Assembly (NCBI GenBank): GCA_950097015.1
Contig: CATNEN010000031.1
Coordinates: 1,984,001-2,048,000, forward strand
Origin: Macrostomum hystrix
Lineage: Eukaryota; Animalia; Platyhelminthes
Length of the DNA stretch: 64,000 nt
Reading direction: 5' to 3'
Shown piece after piece: positions 63,532 to 64,000 of this stretch; within the stretch, counting starts at the first letter, position 1; each line of letters opens with the position of its first letter. The notes under the pieces are model-generated. The model worked only from the letters and a program-made list of their open reading frames with translations, was not told where the DNA came from and did not search any database. A program made the translations under genes and the position numbers.

Positions 63532-64000
63532 TCTGCAGCCCGACCTGCACCGCTGAGGAGTTTGAGCAGTCGCCCTGCCTGGGCTCGCACAACCGTCGGT
63601 GCGCCCCGAAGTCGCAGCTGCCCGGCCTGTCGCCGGACCGGGCTCCGCACCAGGGCCCGGACGCCAACCTCATCTGGGAGGACCTCGCCACGGCGGACGC
63701 CGCAGCGTCAGCCTCGCCCGCCGGCCTCTCGGTCGACATCGCCTGGGACTCGGAGCGACGTCAGCAGGCTACGCTTCGCCGCTCAGGCGCCTTCACAATC
63801 GCCGTCACCCTAGAGGAGATGAGCTTCGGCGTGGAACTGTTGCCGGTGAATCATTCGGTTGCCAATAGCAACGCGGCCTACCTGCGCCGAACGGACCTGC
63901 CGCCGGGTCAGGCCCAGGGCAATCTCGCTAGCCGCTGTCCTTATCCTTTGCCTCTGGCCTACGTTTTGACTTCGCACGAATCGGCGCCAAATCTTCTGAG
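63532..64000 (+). CDS. Exon 8: second TNFR-Cys repeat + unrecognised domain, runs off the window
   Basis: Acceptor cgctccaccag, phase 1: VCSPTCTAEEFEQSPCLGSHNRRCAPKSQLPGLSPDRAPHQGPDANLIWEDL...; open to the window end; frame absent from the ORF track. Confidence 0.88.

Noticed and set aside
63502-63868. ORF-track frames at the window end
   Set aside because: They are the wrong frames; the TNFR-encoding frame starting at the 63532 acceptor is the credible one.

Overview
Eukaryotic (metazoan, invertebrate-type) genomic DNA. There are no prokaryotic features, CRISPR arrays, rRNA or intact tRNA genes. Short GC-rich GT-AG exons sit in AT-rich introns packed with tandem repeats: about 33 micro/minisatellite arrays with about 28 different units, roughly 24 kb or 38% of the window by my hand estimate. 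This style resembles a Macrostomum-type flatworm genome, but that is an inference only. Nearly all long ORFs in the supplied track are repeat artefacts. Reading splice sites and phases by hand gives four spliced gene models. (A) minus, 16364->3980+: signal peptide + TNFR-Cys repeat. (B) minus, 39217->19679+: signal peptide + EGF + calcium-binding EGF + TNFR-Cys. (E) minus, 50045->48704: type I membrane protein. (C) plus, 51474->64000+: type I membrane protein, head-to-head with E and probably its paralog; its ITAM-like tail runs in frame into EGF-EGF-TNFR-TNFR modules. Eight copies of a ~350-bp tRNA-derived SINE and relics of a CORE-like SINE are present. The most striking observations are: an intron made entirely of eight tandem GT...AG units whose 3' half copies the upstream exon end; a 2.6-kb satellite flanked by a perfect 19-bp target-site-like duplication inside a MITE-like inverted repeat; and a minisatellite arising inside a SINE copy. 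No gene symbols are assigned because none is recognised.
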